A DNA stretch of 64,000 nucleotides from Eledone cirrhosa (GCA_964016885.1 OZ024743.1:46190001-46254000); one strand, 5' to 3'. Counted from the first letter of the stretch, positions 39,570 through 51,852 are shown. Notes: a model not told the origin generated them from the letters alone. Numbers and translations are program-made.

Positions 39570-39971
39570 ATTTTCCCTTCCTAGGGCTAAACGTCCCAGG
39601 AACGACAAAATATACAACCTCCTGCCAGCTAATAAAGGTCTGAAAGGTCGTAAAAGTAACCCGTATGTAAACTGGACCGAAGTAAAAGCGGGAAAATCAA
39701 AGACTTGCTGTCTACAATTACTACTAAAAAAATAGCAGCCAAGTAGAGCAACAGATTTGTTCTCAACGGACGGAGAAAAAGGTAGAAGTTAATATGTCCA
39801 GGGATACTAGGTACCCCTAGAAATACATAGGTTGTCTATGATTCAAGGTTGTTCAATGGTGTTAATTTGATACACCAGAACTTTAATATTAAGATAAGCA
39901 GAACAAGTAAAATTCAATCAATTTTTCAAAATACATTAAAAAATATAATATAAATATTTACCTCTTCTAGT

Positions 39972-40054
39972 GGCCCTTACTGATCAGTTTCGCTTTGTAA
40001 AACCTCATAAATCCGATGGATTTATGATGGAAAACCAAAGCTCATCAGAGAAGC
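39972..40054 (-). ncRNA. Type-I hammerhead ribozyme, unit 2
   Basis: Identical to unit 1. Confidence 0.88.
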
Positions 40055-40459
40055 ATTTTCCCTTCCTAGGGCTAAACGTCCCAGGAACGACAAAATATAC
40101 AACCTCCTGCCAGCTAATAAAGGTCTGAAAGGTCGTAAAAGTGACCCGTATGTAAACTGGACCGAAGTAAAAGCGGGAAAATCAAAGACTTGCTGTCTAC
40201 AATTACTACTAAAAAAAAAATAGCAGCCAAGTAGAGCAACAGATTTGTTCTCAACGGACGGAGAAAAAGGTAGAAGTTAATATGTCCAGGGATACTAGGT
40301 ACCCCTAGAAATACATAGGTTGTCTATGATTCAAGGTTGTTCAATGGTGTTAATTTGATACACCAGAACTTTAATATTAAGATAAGCAGAACAAGTAAAA
40401 TTCAATCAATTTTTCAAAATACATTAAAAAATATAATATAAATATTTACCTCTTCTAGT

Positions 40460-40542
40460 GGCCCTTACTGATCAGTTTCGCTTTGTAAAACCTCATAAAT
40501 CCGATGGATTTATGATGGAAAACCAAAGCTCATCAGAGAAGC
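40460..40542 (-). ncRNA. Type-I hammerhead ribozyme, unit 3
   Basis: Identical to unit 1. Confidence 0.88.
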
Positions 40543-40780
40543 ATTTTCCCTTCCTAGGGCTAAACGTCCCAGGAACGACAAAATATACAACCTCCTGCCA
40601 GCTAATAAAGGTCTGAAAGGTCGTAAAAGTGACCCGTATGTAAACTGGACCGAAGTAAAAGCGGGAAAATCAAAGACTTGCTGTCTACAATTACTACTAA
40701 AAAAATAGCAGCCAAGTAGAGCAACAGATTTGTTCTCAACGGACGGAGAAAAAGGTAGATATATATATATATATATATAT

Positions 40781-41420
40781 AAAGTAGCGGAGCAAGCGGT
40801 TATCAAACAATTCTCTAAATAAATTAAAAAACGATTTAAATAATCGCCTGTTCTATTGCTGTTACCGACGGTTTCATCATTCCAAAAGATTGGAAATCCA
40901 GAGAATTTCCAATGGAAAGAAATGAATCTTCAGACAGCCTATTTCCACACTATAAGGTTGCAAGCCCTACAGTAAGTAAATATTTCGCTTCCTGCCCAAC
41001 GCATGCGGCAAGCCGTTAAAATGACACACGCAAAATCAGGTCGCAGATAATAGCTGTTTATTATAAACATGTTGATATTGCCACTAAAATTAGCAGCATT
41101 ATTCAACGTTTTGTTCTCTGCATAAGGAGAAAAATTATAAAAGTGGATGAATACTTCAACAGGTACTATGTACCTGTAGAAATATGCAAGTTGTTTATAA
41201 TATTTGTGGTTCAATGGTACTAATTCGAGATACCAGAATAATATAAAAAGTAGCGGAGCAAGCGGTTATCAAACAATTCTCTAAATAAATTAACAAACGA
41301 TTTAAATAATCACCTGTTCTATTGCTGTTACCGACGGTTTCATCATTCCAAAAGATTGGAAATCAACTTGCATATTTCTACAGGTACATAGTACCTGTTG
41401 AAGTATTCATCCACTTTTAT
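40781..41420 (-). repeat. 466-bp hammerhead unit, ~1.25 tandem copies, plus an inverted terminal segment
   Basis: 40781-40898 recurs at 41247-41364; 41365-41420 is the reverse complement of ~41137-41192; flanked by (TA)n. Confidence 0.88.
40858..40938 (-). ncRNA. Type-I hammerhead ribozyme with extended stem II
   Basis: GCTGT-CTGAAGA-T-TCATTTC...TTGGAAAT..ATTTCCAA...GGAATGA-T-GAAAC-CGTCG-GTA-ACAGC; perfect 5-bp stem I. Confidence 0.85.
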
Positions 41421-41476
41421 ATATATATATATATAAAAAAAAAATAAACCAAAGAAGCCTTCAATACATCAAAAGT

Positions 41477-41530
41477 CTTTATTAGCCAACAATGTTTCGT
41501 CCTATTAAGGACTCATCAGGGCAAGTAAAG
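41477..41530 (-). ncRNA. Type-I hammerhead ribozyme (left arm)
   Basis: Reverse complement of 41959-42012. Confidence 0.8.
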
Positions 41531-41958
41531 CTACAAGAAGCACTATCGGCCAATACAAGCCAAAAACTCAGAAGAATATGGAGTATACATCTATTAAAGC
41601 TTAGGAAAGATATCAAGGAAAAGTTGGCTAAGATTAAGAGTGAGCAGTTACAAACATAGATATGGACCAAATAGCAAGGAAGTGATTAACATGTTGAACC
41701 CACATTGCAAATATTGTATAATGCAAAAACTCGCATTATATTACCATTTGTGTTTCAAGTTTTTGTATTATACAATATTTGCAATGTGGGTTCAACATGT
41801 TAATCACTTCCTTGCTATTTGGTCCATATCTATGTTTGTAACTGCTCACTCTTAATCTTAGCCAACTTTTCCTTGATATCTTTCCTAAGCTTTAATAGAT
41901 GTATACTCCATATTCTTCTGAGTTTTGGGCTTGTATTGGCCGATAGTGCTTCTTGTAG

Positions 41959-42012
41959 CTTTACTTGCCCTGATGAGTCCTTAATAGGACGAAACATTGT
42001 TGGCTAATAAAG
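41959..42012 (+). ncRNA. Type-I hammerhead ribozyme (right arm)
   Basis: CTTTACTTGCC-CTGATGA-GTCCT-TAAT-AGGAC-GAAAC-ATT-GTT-GGCTAATAAAG; canonical core and stem II, stem I with internal mismatches. Confidence 0.82.
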
Positions 42013-42153
42013 ACTTTTGATGTATTGAAGGCTTCTTTGGTTTATTTTTTATAATTCTTCGGGTCTGTTTAATTACATTGAGCTATATCTTATACTCTCA
42101 TTTCTATAATATGAAGAGGGTGTTTAACTCCAACACACTCTAGTATTTTAATT

Positions 42154-42208
<55 letters not shown>

Positions 42209-42400
42209 TGTTTGGGGTAGCGGATTCACAAACATATGATCGTGGGTTCGATTCCCAGACCGAATAGAGCATTGTATTATTGAACAAAATACTTTATTTC
42301 ACACTGTTTCTTCTACAAGAAGTAGAGACAGGCAAATACTATCAGCAATGGAAAAATCAATTGAAGTATTGTTTCCTCTTTCTGAACTGATGATCGGTTC

Positions 42401-42450
<50 letters not shown>

Positions 42451-42600
42451 CGAAAGAGTGAAGAATAACATAGTCAACAGTACAAAAAGTGTTTTATTTA
42501 CAGTATTAACAATTGTTTAACGCCGTACGTTAAAACTATCCACAATACGGAGTACTCACAACCTCTAACTGGATCACCTATAACGATAATTTGTTATCCC
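42451..42600. repeat. Rearranged relative of the 681-1002 unit
   Basis: 42451-42518 matches the reverse complement of 771-838; 42519-42600 matches 921-1002 directly; flanked by (TA)n. Confidence 0.75.
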
Positions 42601-42628
42601 ATATATATATATATGTGTGTGGGGGGGT

Positions 42629-43002
42629 ATCTAGGGCGGGTAAAATTCCCGAGATCCATAGACGAGTTCTCTCCAGCGGTCTCCGTCACTCATTATCGCT
42701 GCCATATCTTGCGTCTCCAAGAGACCAGTGTATGTCCTTAGGGCATCAACATACGTTAACCTCGGTCTTCCTCTTCCAGTGTGTCCATGCAGTGGCTCTC
42801 ACATGAGCACTGAGTGCAGTGTCAACTCTGGATGTCGGTCAGCATGTCTAGCTAACCTCAATCTCCTCTGTGCTACTCTCGAGCTGACGTTTGGGAGGCT
42901 CCCGTACAGCTCTGAGTTATTCATCCTCAGTGTATACTGATTAATGTTCAGAGCCATCCTCAGCATTCTCGTGTAGCACCCATCCACCATCTGAGTGAGT
43001 TT
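42629..43002 (-). mobile_element. RTE-type LINE 3' fragment
   Basis: DGCYTRMLRMALNI...RRLRLARHADRHPE; same family as 33379-33710. Confidence 0.8.
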
Positions 43003-43024
43003 CTATATATACATATACATATAC

Positions 43025-43180
<156 letters not shown>

Positions 43181-43192
43181 ATATGTATATAT

Positions 43193-43581
43193 ATATTAAT
43201 AAAAGGAATTCCAACTTTGTCTGATTTACTCGTTTTATTTACAATCCTTTAAAATTTATAATGGTATTAGAATGAAATAGTATGGTAGAATATTAAATGT
43301 TAAGTGTTAATTGAATAAGTACTTTCATGCTTTCGCAATCTTCAGGTTCATATTCTGTGGTGACAGTCAAGTTTGCAATGTTCAACTGTTGAAAATTGCA
43401 AACTTGACTGTCACCACAGAATATGAACCTGAAAATTGCGAAAGCATGAAAGTACTTGTTCAATTAACACTTAACATTTAATATTCTACCATACTATTTC
43501 ATTCTAATACCATTATAAATTTTAAAGGATTGTAAATAAAACGAGTAAATCAGACAAAGTTGGAATTCCTTTTATTAATAT
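43193..43581. repeat. Near-perfect ~390 bp palindrome centred at 43387, with minimal hammerhead motifs at 43312-43350 (-) and 43424-43462 (+)
   Basis: Centre TTCAAC-T-GTTGAA; arm consensus TGAAC-CTGAAGA-T-TGC-GAAA-GCA-T-GAAA-GTAC-TT-GTTCA. Confidence 0.9.
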
Positions 43582-43614
43582 AATCTTCTATACACAATCA
43601 TACACACCCGTGTA

Positions 43615-43683
<69 letters not shown>

Positions 43684-43686
<3 letters not shown>

Positions 43687-44300
43687 AGAGTATTGAAGTT
43701 TGCTTGAAGCATTGTGGAATAATAAGTAAATATCTTTAAGTCGTTTGGAAGCCTCGACAATGCAAATGGGTAAATCTCCGGGTAACAAGATCCGGTGGTG
43801 GAGAGAGAGATGTAAGTGGGTGTACGTTGAGATGCGTGGTGTGTATAAGATGTGTAAGATGTGTAGAAGAATAAAGGGAAGAGTATAAAGGATAAAATTA
43901 AAATAACAACACAAGAGAGAGTTACCTTAGGAGAGATTTAATAGTCCCTATATATTTCGGATTCACATCCATCAACTGGGGGTTTTTTCCGGGGTGAGGA
44001 AAGGTTGTCTGTCGGACAGGTGCGAAACGCGTCCTCGGAAAAAAAACCCAGTTGATGGATGTGAATCCGAAATATATAGGGACTATTAAATCTCTCCCAA
44101 GGTAACTCTCTCTTGTGTTGTTATTTTAATTTTATCCTTTATACTCTTCCCTTCATTCTTCTACACATCTTACACATCTTATACACACCACGCATCTCAA
44201 CGTACACCTACTTACATCTCTCTCTCTCCACCACCGGATCTTGTTACCCGGAGATTTACCCATTTGCATTGTCGAGGCTTCCAAACGACTTAAAGATATT

Positions 44301-44303
<3 letters not shown>
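43684..44303. repeat. Fold-back element with ~270 bp arms (43726-43994 and 44033-44303)
   Basis: Arms are reverse complements, giving duplicated spurious ORFs on both strands; spacer ends in GAAACGCGTC; flanked by (TA)n. Confidence 0.9.
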
Positions 44304-44355
<52 letters not shown>

Positions 44356-44605
44356 ATGTATATATATGTATATATACACAAAACACCAGCACTAACAGTT
44401 TTGCAAGAGATGTCAACATGAATGGACCTGTTATGTTTATCTAAAGACATTTTTTCCAATTCCATCCCGCCCGTCCCCTCAATATATCTTATTTCTCGTT
44501 CCTTCTTCTGAAACGTTAAGACCCTCTTCCTGCTATATCAAGCGTTAACCTAGTATATCCCTTCCATATACTGTACCGATTGTGATGTTATTTCTGTTTA
44601 CCTTT

Positions 44606-44674
<69 letters not shown>

Positions 44675-44676
<2 letters not shown>

Positions 44677-45423
44677 TAAAGGAGCCATAGACTCTCGTTA
44701 TTCCCGGTCAATAATGTGCTCAAAGGAAAAGGAATCCTGTTATAGAGGTGCGTATATACATTTTAATTTATATTTTTAATTATTGTGCGTCCACCCTGCC
44801 TTCCATAGGTTATAGATTCCATACACTGGTGGTTTACCCTGTTTTATTGATGGCGCACTATCTCTCTCTAGTGTGTTACCTTTTCAACATATTGTATTTT
44901 AAAGAGCTCAGGATTCCTTTTCCTTTGAGCACATTATTGACAGGGAATAACGAGAGTCTATGGCTCCGTTAGTTTATCGTGATATTTCGCTCCTTATAAC
45001 AGTCTTTCTTCTCTCTCTGTTTTGGTTGAGCACACTTCTTTGAGTGGTTTTGGGGCTACCCTTTCTAGCAGCTCGTCCCTCAGATAACACTGGTTCACTG
45101 CCCTAAACACGCTGTGACATCTCCCTCCCGCGTGTAGCTGGACGGTCGCTTTAGATTCTCTTAGAGTTGTCTTGAATGTATAGTCTTGCACGCGCTAATG
45201 AACCATTTCAGTCAACTACCTCCTGGCGAAACAGATCTCTTTGGATTTGTATGCGTTTGTTATATTATTATAGAGGTGCGTATATACATTTTAATTTATA
45301 TTTTTTAATTTTTGTGTGTCTACCCTGCCTTCCATAGATTATAGATTCCATACACTGGTGGTTTTCCCTGTTTTATTGATGGCGCACTATCTCTCTCTAG
45401 TGTGTTACCTTTTCAACATATTG

Positions 45424-45430
<7 letters not shown>
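44675..45430 (+). repeat. 528-bp unit, ~1.3 tandem copies, preceded by an inverted segment; degenerate hammerhead at 45190-45256
   Basis: 44741-44901 recurs at 45269-45430; 44675-44739 is the reverse complement of ~44908-44975; ACGCG-CTAATGA-ACCA...TGGC-GAAAC-AGATCT-CTTT-GGATTT-GTA-TGCGT. Confidence 0.82.
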
Positions 45431-45469
<39 letters not shown>

Positions 45470-45473
<4 letters not shown>

Positions 45474-45766
45474 GATTATAAAAGAGAGATAAACACAGAT
45501 ATAAACATATATGTGTTCATATCGTAAGGGACCAGATTCAGATTCGCTAGGGTGAAAAAAATGCTAACAATAAACAATAAGGTTTGCCAGACTCCAGCTG
45601 CCCAATATCGGTTTGTATTTCTTTTCTTGATTTATTGTTTTAAATTGAGTTTGGCAAACCCTATTGTTAATTGTTAGCATTTCTTTCACCCTAGCGAATC
45701 TGGTTCCTTACCAATTGAACACATATATGTTTATATCTGTGTTTATCTCTCTTTTATATTCAATTA
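45470..45766. repeat. Inverted repeat, ~120 bp diverged arms, ~50 bp spacer, next to (TA)n
   Basis: 45470-45595 versus 45646-45766. Confidence 0.8.
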
Positions 45767-45867
45767 TATTACACGGCTCAGAAAAACCTCTTTTTTTGAA
45801 GTATTTAATTGTAAGAGACTATTTTGAGTTTCTAACTCAATATATACCTTTGATATATATATATACA

Positions 45868-45983
45868 TAGGAAAAGGTTCAGGATCCCGACGGCAGAGCT
45901 CAAGCCGTTTCGACTGCTATTTCTCTGATAAATAGCAGTCGAAACGGCCTGAGCGTGCCGTCGGGGTCCTGAACCTTTTCCTA
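45868..45983. repeat. GC-rich hairpin, ~54 bp arms
   Basis: TAGGAAAAGGTTCAGGA...GACTGCTATTT / AAATAGCAGTCGAAACGG...TCCTGAACCTTTTCCTA. Confidence 0.85.
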
Positions 45984-46060
45984 TTACCCACTCTACTACC
46001 CAAAGTATTGAGTACTCTGGTGCGTTATGGTCCACCTGGTTTCTTACCACACTTCCTTCG

Positions 46061-46112
<52 letters not shown>

Positions 46113-46204
46113 CTGACACTTTGCTATTTGTATTTTCTCGGCTTTTCCCCTATCCCCCTACATCAATTACCAGCCATCAAATTCTTTCCTGAAGTATTAT
46201 AAAA

Positions 46205-46590
46205 TAATTGTTTCTACTTTTGGCACAAGGCCAGCAATTATCCCAGTGAATTACTGGTACTTTATTTTATCGACCACGTAAGGATGAAAGGCAAAGTTAA
46301 CCTCGGCGGGATTTGAACTCAGTCCGTAAAGAGACGTAACTATGCTGCAAAGTATGGCGTCTGACCCTCTACCGATACTGCCAATCCACCGCCCGGGAAA
46401 ATATAAAATAATTGTTTCTACTTTGGGCACAAGGCCAGCAATTATCCCAGTGAATTACTGGTACTTTATTTTATCGACCCCGTAAGGATGAAAGGCAAAG
46501 TTAACCTTGGCGGGATTTGAACTCAGTCCGTAAAGAGACGTAACTCTTTCCTGCAAAGCATGGCATCCGACCCTCTCCTGCCAATCCAAT
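46205..46590 (-). mobile_element. Two tandem tRNA-derived SINE copies
   Basis: ~46205-46395 and ~46409-46590, each the reverse complement of the SINE consensus. Confidence 0.8.
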
Positions 46591-47258
46591 GACGGTCAGT
46601 ACGGCTTTTAACATAAATATTAAATGAAGATTGCATTACGTTACTGGAAAAAATGGATTAAGATAAAATAATTATAACACATTTTTGTGTTTTCCATTCT
46701 TGCTATGTTAAACGTTAGGAAAGTTAAGAAATCATTAATAAAATGAAATCGATTTACTCAACAACTCTCTCTGTAGGTTTATTAATTATTACATTTGAAA
46801 TACGAGTGCTACAAAGAAAAGTAATATTTCTCGTGAAATTAAATGCGCAGATGGATGCATAATTAATATTACAATTTTTACTTTGAATTTACGATTTTAA
46901 CATAATTAATATAAAGTAGCAAAGTGTGAGCACTTTAGTGTAAGATAGTTTATTGTTGGTAAGCCGGAATGTAAAACAGTCTCATTCCATTACCCATAAA
47001 ACACCCAGTAGTTAAATCGCGTAGTCTAGGTCTTTAGGTAGAATGTTGTGTTTACGATGGTAAAGTCGTTATTTCAAATTCCCGGCTCCAGGCGGAGAGT
47101 TCTAATCTTGAGCAAAACACTTCATTTCACATTGATTCTGTTAACTCCATTAAAATATAGTACTAGCAGTATCTGTGGGTTAACCTTGCCATCTACTGGC
47201 ATCTACTCTCACTTAACATCAGTAAAAGTGGAATTAGATTTACTATTACTCAAATGAG

Positions 47259-47478
47259 AGGGCGGTGGATTGGCAGTATCGATAGAGAGTCGGACACCAT
47301 GCTTTGTAGCATAGAGTTACGGCCCTTTATGATCTGAGTTCAAATCCCGCCGAGGTTAACTTTGCTTTCATCCTTACGGGGTCGATAAAATAAAGTACCA
47401 GTCACGCACTGGGGTCGGATTTAATCGACTTTCCCTTCCCAAAAAATTGCTGGCCTTGTGCCTATATAAGAAACCACT
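47259..47478 (+). mobile_element. tRNA-derived SINE, full length
   Basis: Same head, B-box and body as the other copies. Confidence 0.8.
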
Positions 47479-47687
47479 ATTACTCAAATGAACTTCCACC
47501 CTGCAAAGATGAAGTCAGGTTCCAGTGAGATAAACCAATACTCCAAAAATCTAAATATCGATTAATGTTATTGAAAATACAATGATTAAGAGTATGTTTC
47601 AACGAGTATTAATTGAAATTCCAGGTAAAGCTGCTACTTCTCCAAATTGAGACATCAATGTTCCGAAACTACGAGTATGTGATTAGG

Positions 47688-47939
47688 AAAGGATCGCAAG
47701 GCAGATTTTACGGGCAAAATCAAACGACAGGAGACCCAGTGGTAGACCCCGAGCAAGATGGTTGGATAATATCCATGAGCTTGGCTGGTCTCTGTTGGAG
47801 ATCCAACCGGAGACAGTTACTTCTGATAGGACCCACTGAAAGGAGTGTTTGAGGACTCTGTCTCACGACTCTCTCAGGAAGAAGAAGAAGAAGAAGAAGA
47901 AGAAGAAGAAGAAGAAGAAGAAGAAGAAGAAGAAGAAGA
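47688..47939 (+). mobile_element. RTE-type LINE 3' end with (GAA)n tail
   Basis: Encodes RRPSGRPRARWLDNI; followed by (GAA)n at ~47878-47939. Confidence 0.7.
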
Positions 47940-48355
47940 ATCGACCCCAGTACAACGTTGGCCTCAGTGGGATTTGAACTCAAAGTGCAGAGGATGAATA
48001 CCGCAATGCATTTTATCTAACACCCGACAAAACATGTGAAACACTCAAAAGTCATTAGTGCAAAGTTATCTAAAGAACTGCATTCGTTACGTTCCTAGAT
48101 TGTAGTAACGAGGAAAATCACTGTTTCGGATGATAATTAATAAGTAGCGTGATGCATGCCACCAAATTCCCACTAACTAGCAGTCAATTGAATAATTTAA
48201 CTGATTACACGTTCTACATTAATGAACTCTATCGGGGCTATATGTTACCATGAACGATCTATATTACAGATAAAGCATCAAATATTCACACACACACACA
48301 GAGATACACACACACAGACACACACATACACACATACAGGCACAAACTCTCTCTC

Positions 48356-48386
<31 letters not shown>

Positions 48387-48556
48387 CCATCTCTCTCTCT
48401 CCCTCGCATACACACACTCTCTCTCTCCCTCTCTCTCCCTCCCTCTCTCTTTCTCTCCTTCCCTCACTCCCTCTCTCTCTCTCTCATACACTCTCTCTCC
48501 CTCTCGCTCTCCCTCCCTCTCTCTCTCCTTCGCTCTCTCTCTCTCTCCCTCACATA

Positions 48557-48608
<52 letters not shown>

Positions 48609-48870
48609 CCTCACATACACACACATGAGGGCAAAACATCAGCTAGAAGAAATAAATCAATGGGATTAATTTAGATAATTCACATATGAGGAGTTGTACC
48701 GGATAACATATGGCAACATTTCTAAATGAATTCAACTGTTCCTCTTGGTTAAGCGAAAGTCTAAATCTTAGCAGCAATAGTTAACGACGTTCAAAAAAGG
48801 GTAGATAATTTCAAGGTTTTCTCTTCATGCTTTCTCAGATTTTTCGACTTAGTCACGCCATCCATTTCAA

Positions 48871-49235
48871 TCTAAACTATAATAAAGTAAGGAGTGTGTG
48901 ACTGCGTCCAGAATATATTTTTTTCACTTCTTTAAAATTTTCAAATGTCTACACTTCCGGTTACCGGTCGCTTAAATAAACATTTTTATATTTCCGTCAC
49001 TAATTTTCTCCTAATGCAGTTTATATATAATATCATCTTTTTTTAATGTATCATGGATTACGTTACTGATTACATAAGACAGTGTAACACAGTCTTCGTT
49101 CAATTTCTGTGTATATTGTCAATTACGATTTTATTTGATGTATCATATCTACATGTATATATACTTGCGTATAATATCAATATACACACTACACATGCTA
49201 GTAGAAAACCACCCGAAGGGTGGTTTTTCTGCTAG
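48871..49235 (+). mobile_element. Non-autonomous Helitron
   Basis: 5'-TC start after A; subterminal hairpin AAAACCACCC-GAA-GGGTGGTTTT; 3'-CTAG followed by T (A/T insertion, no TSD). Confidence 0.75.
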
Positions 49236-50422
49236 TCCTGCATAATGTTTTGGAGATCAACAAAGCAACGTCCTATATCCGTACAGAAATTTATCGATCG
49301 ACTTTCGTCAAATCAAACAATGTTTCCGTTGGTCTTTCCAATTGTTAGTACTATCTATCGGTCGGAACTCCAGGTAGAAGAAGCAACGTGAAATAAAGTG
49401 TCTTACTCAAGGACATAACGCATCGCCTGGTCCAGGAATCGAACTGACAACCTCACGATTGCTAATCCAGTTCTCTAACCAATCAGCCACACGCCTTCAC
49501 AGAACTGGTCGATAAAGATTGTTTTGTTTTGTTTTTTGCAGCTGGACCTGCATGGGTGTGAGCTGTAACACACACACACACATCAATAGGAGTATATTAC
49601 GAATCACTTCTAGCTTACCTCTTCGGCAATGTCTTACAAAGCGCAAGCATCTCCCTCCAATGATAGCGGCCATTGTAAAACGATTGCTATACAGTCTTTG
49701 TTTGGCCGTATGCTCCTTAATAGCGCGTACACTTGCATTAACATGCAGGTGTACGCGCTATTAATCTATCTCAAAGGTATGAGAGTAAGGAGGGATTTGA
49801 ATCATAACTAATTATTAGAAGCTAATAAGTTATGTTCGTGACTTTTAAAGAAAAGGAGAGGAACTTTCAGGACTTAAGAATAAAATCTCTCAGAAAATTG
49901 AATTTTTAGATTTGGGCATAACATGAAATTTATTAGCAAATAGTATTAGATATTGAAATAGCCAGTCCACTCGTGACACTCGTCCACACACACACACACA
50001 CACATGATGGCTGCCCTCTCGTTATCGAGTATGGCCATTGCACGATATACCATTATTAATAATGATCAATTAATGCTAACGTGCAATGCCTGTGCGTGAA
50101 GATTTTTTTAAAGTGAGGAAAGACTGTGCACTACATACATACATACATACATACATGCATACATGCATACATACATACATGCATGCATGCATACATACAT
50201 ACATACATACATACATACATACATACATACATACATACATACATACGTACGTACATACATACATACATACATACATACATACATACATACATACATACAT
50301 ACATACATACATGCATGCATACATGCATACATACATACATACATACATACATACATACATACATACATACATACATACATACATACATACATACATACAT
50401 ACATACATACATACATACATAC

Positions 50423-50963
50423 ATGGTGGCTGCCAACTCGTTTTCGAGTACGGCCACTACTTTATATCCATGTAGGAGAATGCGCTGAACGAGTGTGACT
50501 TTTTAGTCTAGCCAGCGACTTGAAAACTCTAGTACAAACACTACACCTGTGACAATTATTGACACATAGTGCTGGGCCCATGATACCATGTGACGACAAG
50601 TGCAGAGAGATCTCCAGATATAAAGCAATGCCTGTGCCGTGAAGCTTTTATAGTGAGCAAAGGCACTGCACAAAGCCAGTCCCACTCTCTTAACCAAGAT
50701 GATATTTACCAAAAAGAAGAACAAGTCAACATCATTGGATACCATCAGAGTTGCAGGTGTTATATCAGAGTTTTCCTTCTCCTAGAATTCTGCCTTGACA
50801 AAGGCTAAGGGGTCTTCTCTCCCGGTGATTTTGGATGGCCATTGACTCTTAAGAGCTCCTTTTCCCTTTGACAGGTTTTGTTTTTAATCCTGCAGGATGT
50901 CCAAAGTCACCCTCCTCACCAAGAAACCTTGGTGGGGTTGCCAGTTTAGTCGCCAACGACCCG
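50423..50963 (-). mobile_element. Bipartite non-autonomous RTE-derived element, copy A (slightly 5'-truncated)
   Basis: Near-identical to 51243-51852; long (TATG)n tail at 50132-50422. Confidence 0.75.
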
Positions 50964-51143
50964 TATATATGTATATATATATATATACATATATACATAC
51001 ATATATATATACACATACATATATACATACATATATATATACATATATACATACATATATATATATATATACACACATACATATATACATACATATATAC
51101 ATACATACACATACATATATACATATATACATACATACACATA

Positions 51144-51174
<31 letters not shown>

Positions 51175-51242
51175 ATACATATATACATACATATACATAC
51201 ACATATACATATATACATACATATACATATACATACATACAT

Positions 51243-51852
51243 ATGGTGGCTGCCAACTCGTTTTCGAGTACGGCCACTACTTTATATCCATGTAGGAGAA
51301 CCTCTACCGATGCGCTGAACGAGTGTGACTTTTTAGTCCAGCCAGCAACTTGAAAACTCTGGTACAAACACTACACCTGTGACAATTATTGACACATAAT
51401 GCTGGGCCCATGGTACCATGTGACGACAAGTGCAGAGAGATCTCCAGATATAAAGCAATTCCTGTGCCGTGAAGCTTTTATAGTGAGCAAAGGCACTGCA
51501 CAAAGCCAGTCCCACTCTCTTAACCAAGATGATATTTACCGAAAAGAAGAACAAGTCAACATCATTGGATACCATCAGGGTTGCAGGTGTTATATCAGAG
51601 TTTTCCTTCTCCTAGAATTCTGCCTTGACAAAGGCTAAGGGGTCATCTCTCCCGGTGATTTTGGATGGCCATTGACTCTTAAGAGCTCCTTTGCCCTTTG
51701 ACAGGTTTTGTTTTTAGTCCTGCAGGATGTCCAAAGTCACCCTCCTCACCAAGAAACCTTGGTGGGGTTGCCAGTTTAGTCGCCAACGACCCGACCATGG
51801 GACAGGTTGTACTGGGATACATGTTACCAGTAGCACCAACTGGTGACCTGAC
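51243..51852 (-). mobile_element. Bipartite non-autonomous RTE-derived element, copy B (~610 bp, longest)
   Basis: RTE-like 5' UTR motifs (GCAACCCCACC, CTAGGAGAAGGAAAACTCTGA) joined to the terminal C2H2 coding remnant [21 protein letters not shown]; TACA-type repeats on both sides. Confidence 0.75.

Larger units (their letters stand above)
41432..42155. repeat. Fold-back element: ~295 bp inverted arms (~41436-41733 and 41756-42052), with a hammerhead in each arm
   Basis: Near-perfect reverse complements; the right arm extends ~100 bp further; flanked by (TA)n. Confidence 0.92.

Noticed and set aside
42385-42402. Isolated CTGATGA before (TA)n
   Set aside because: No stem II or GAAA half; could be chance or a truncation.
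47259-47360. tRNA gene call for SINE heads
   Set aside because: Only A/B-box-like remnants with no cloverleaf; part of dispersed SINEs.
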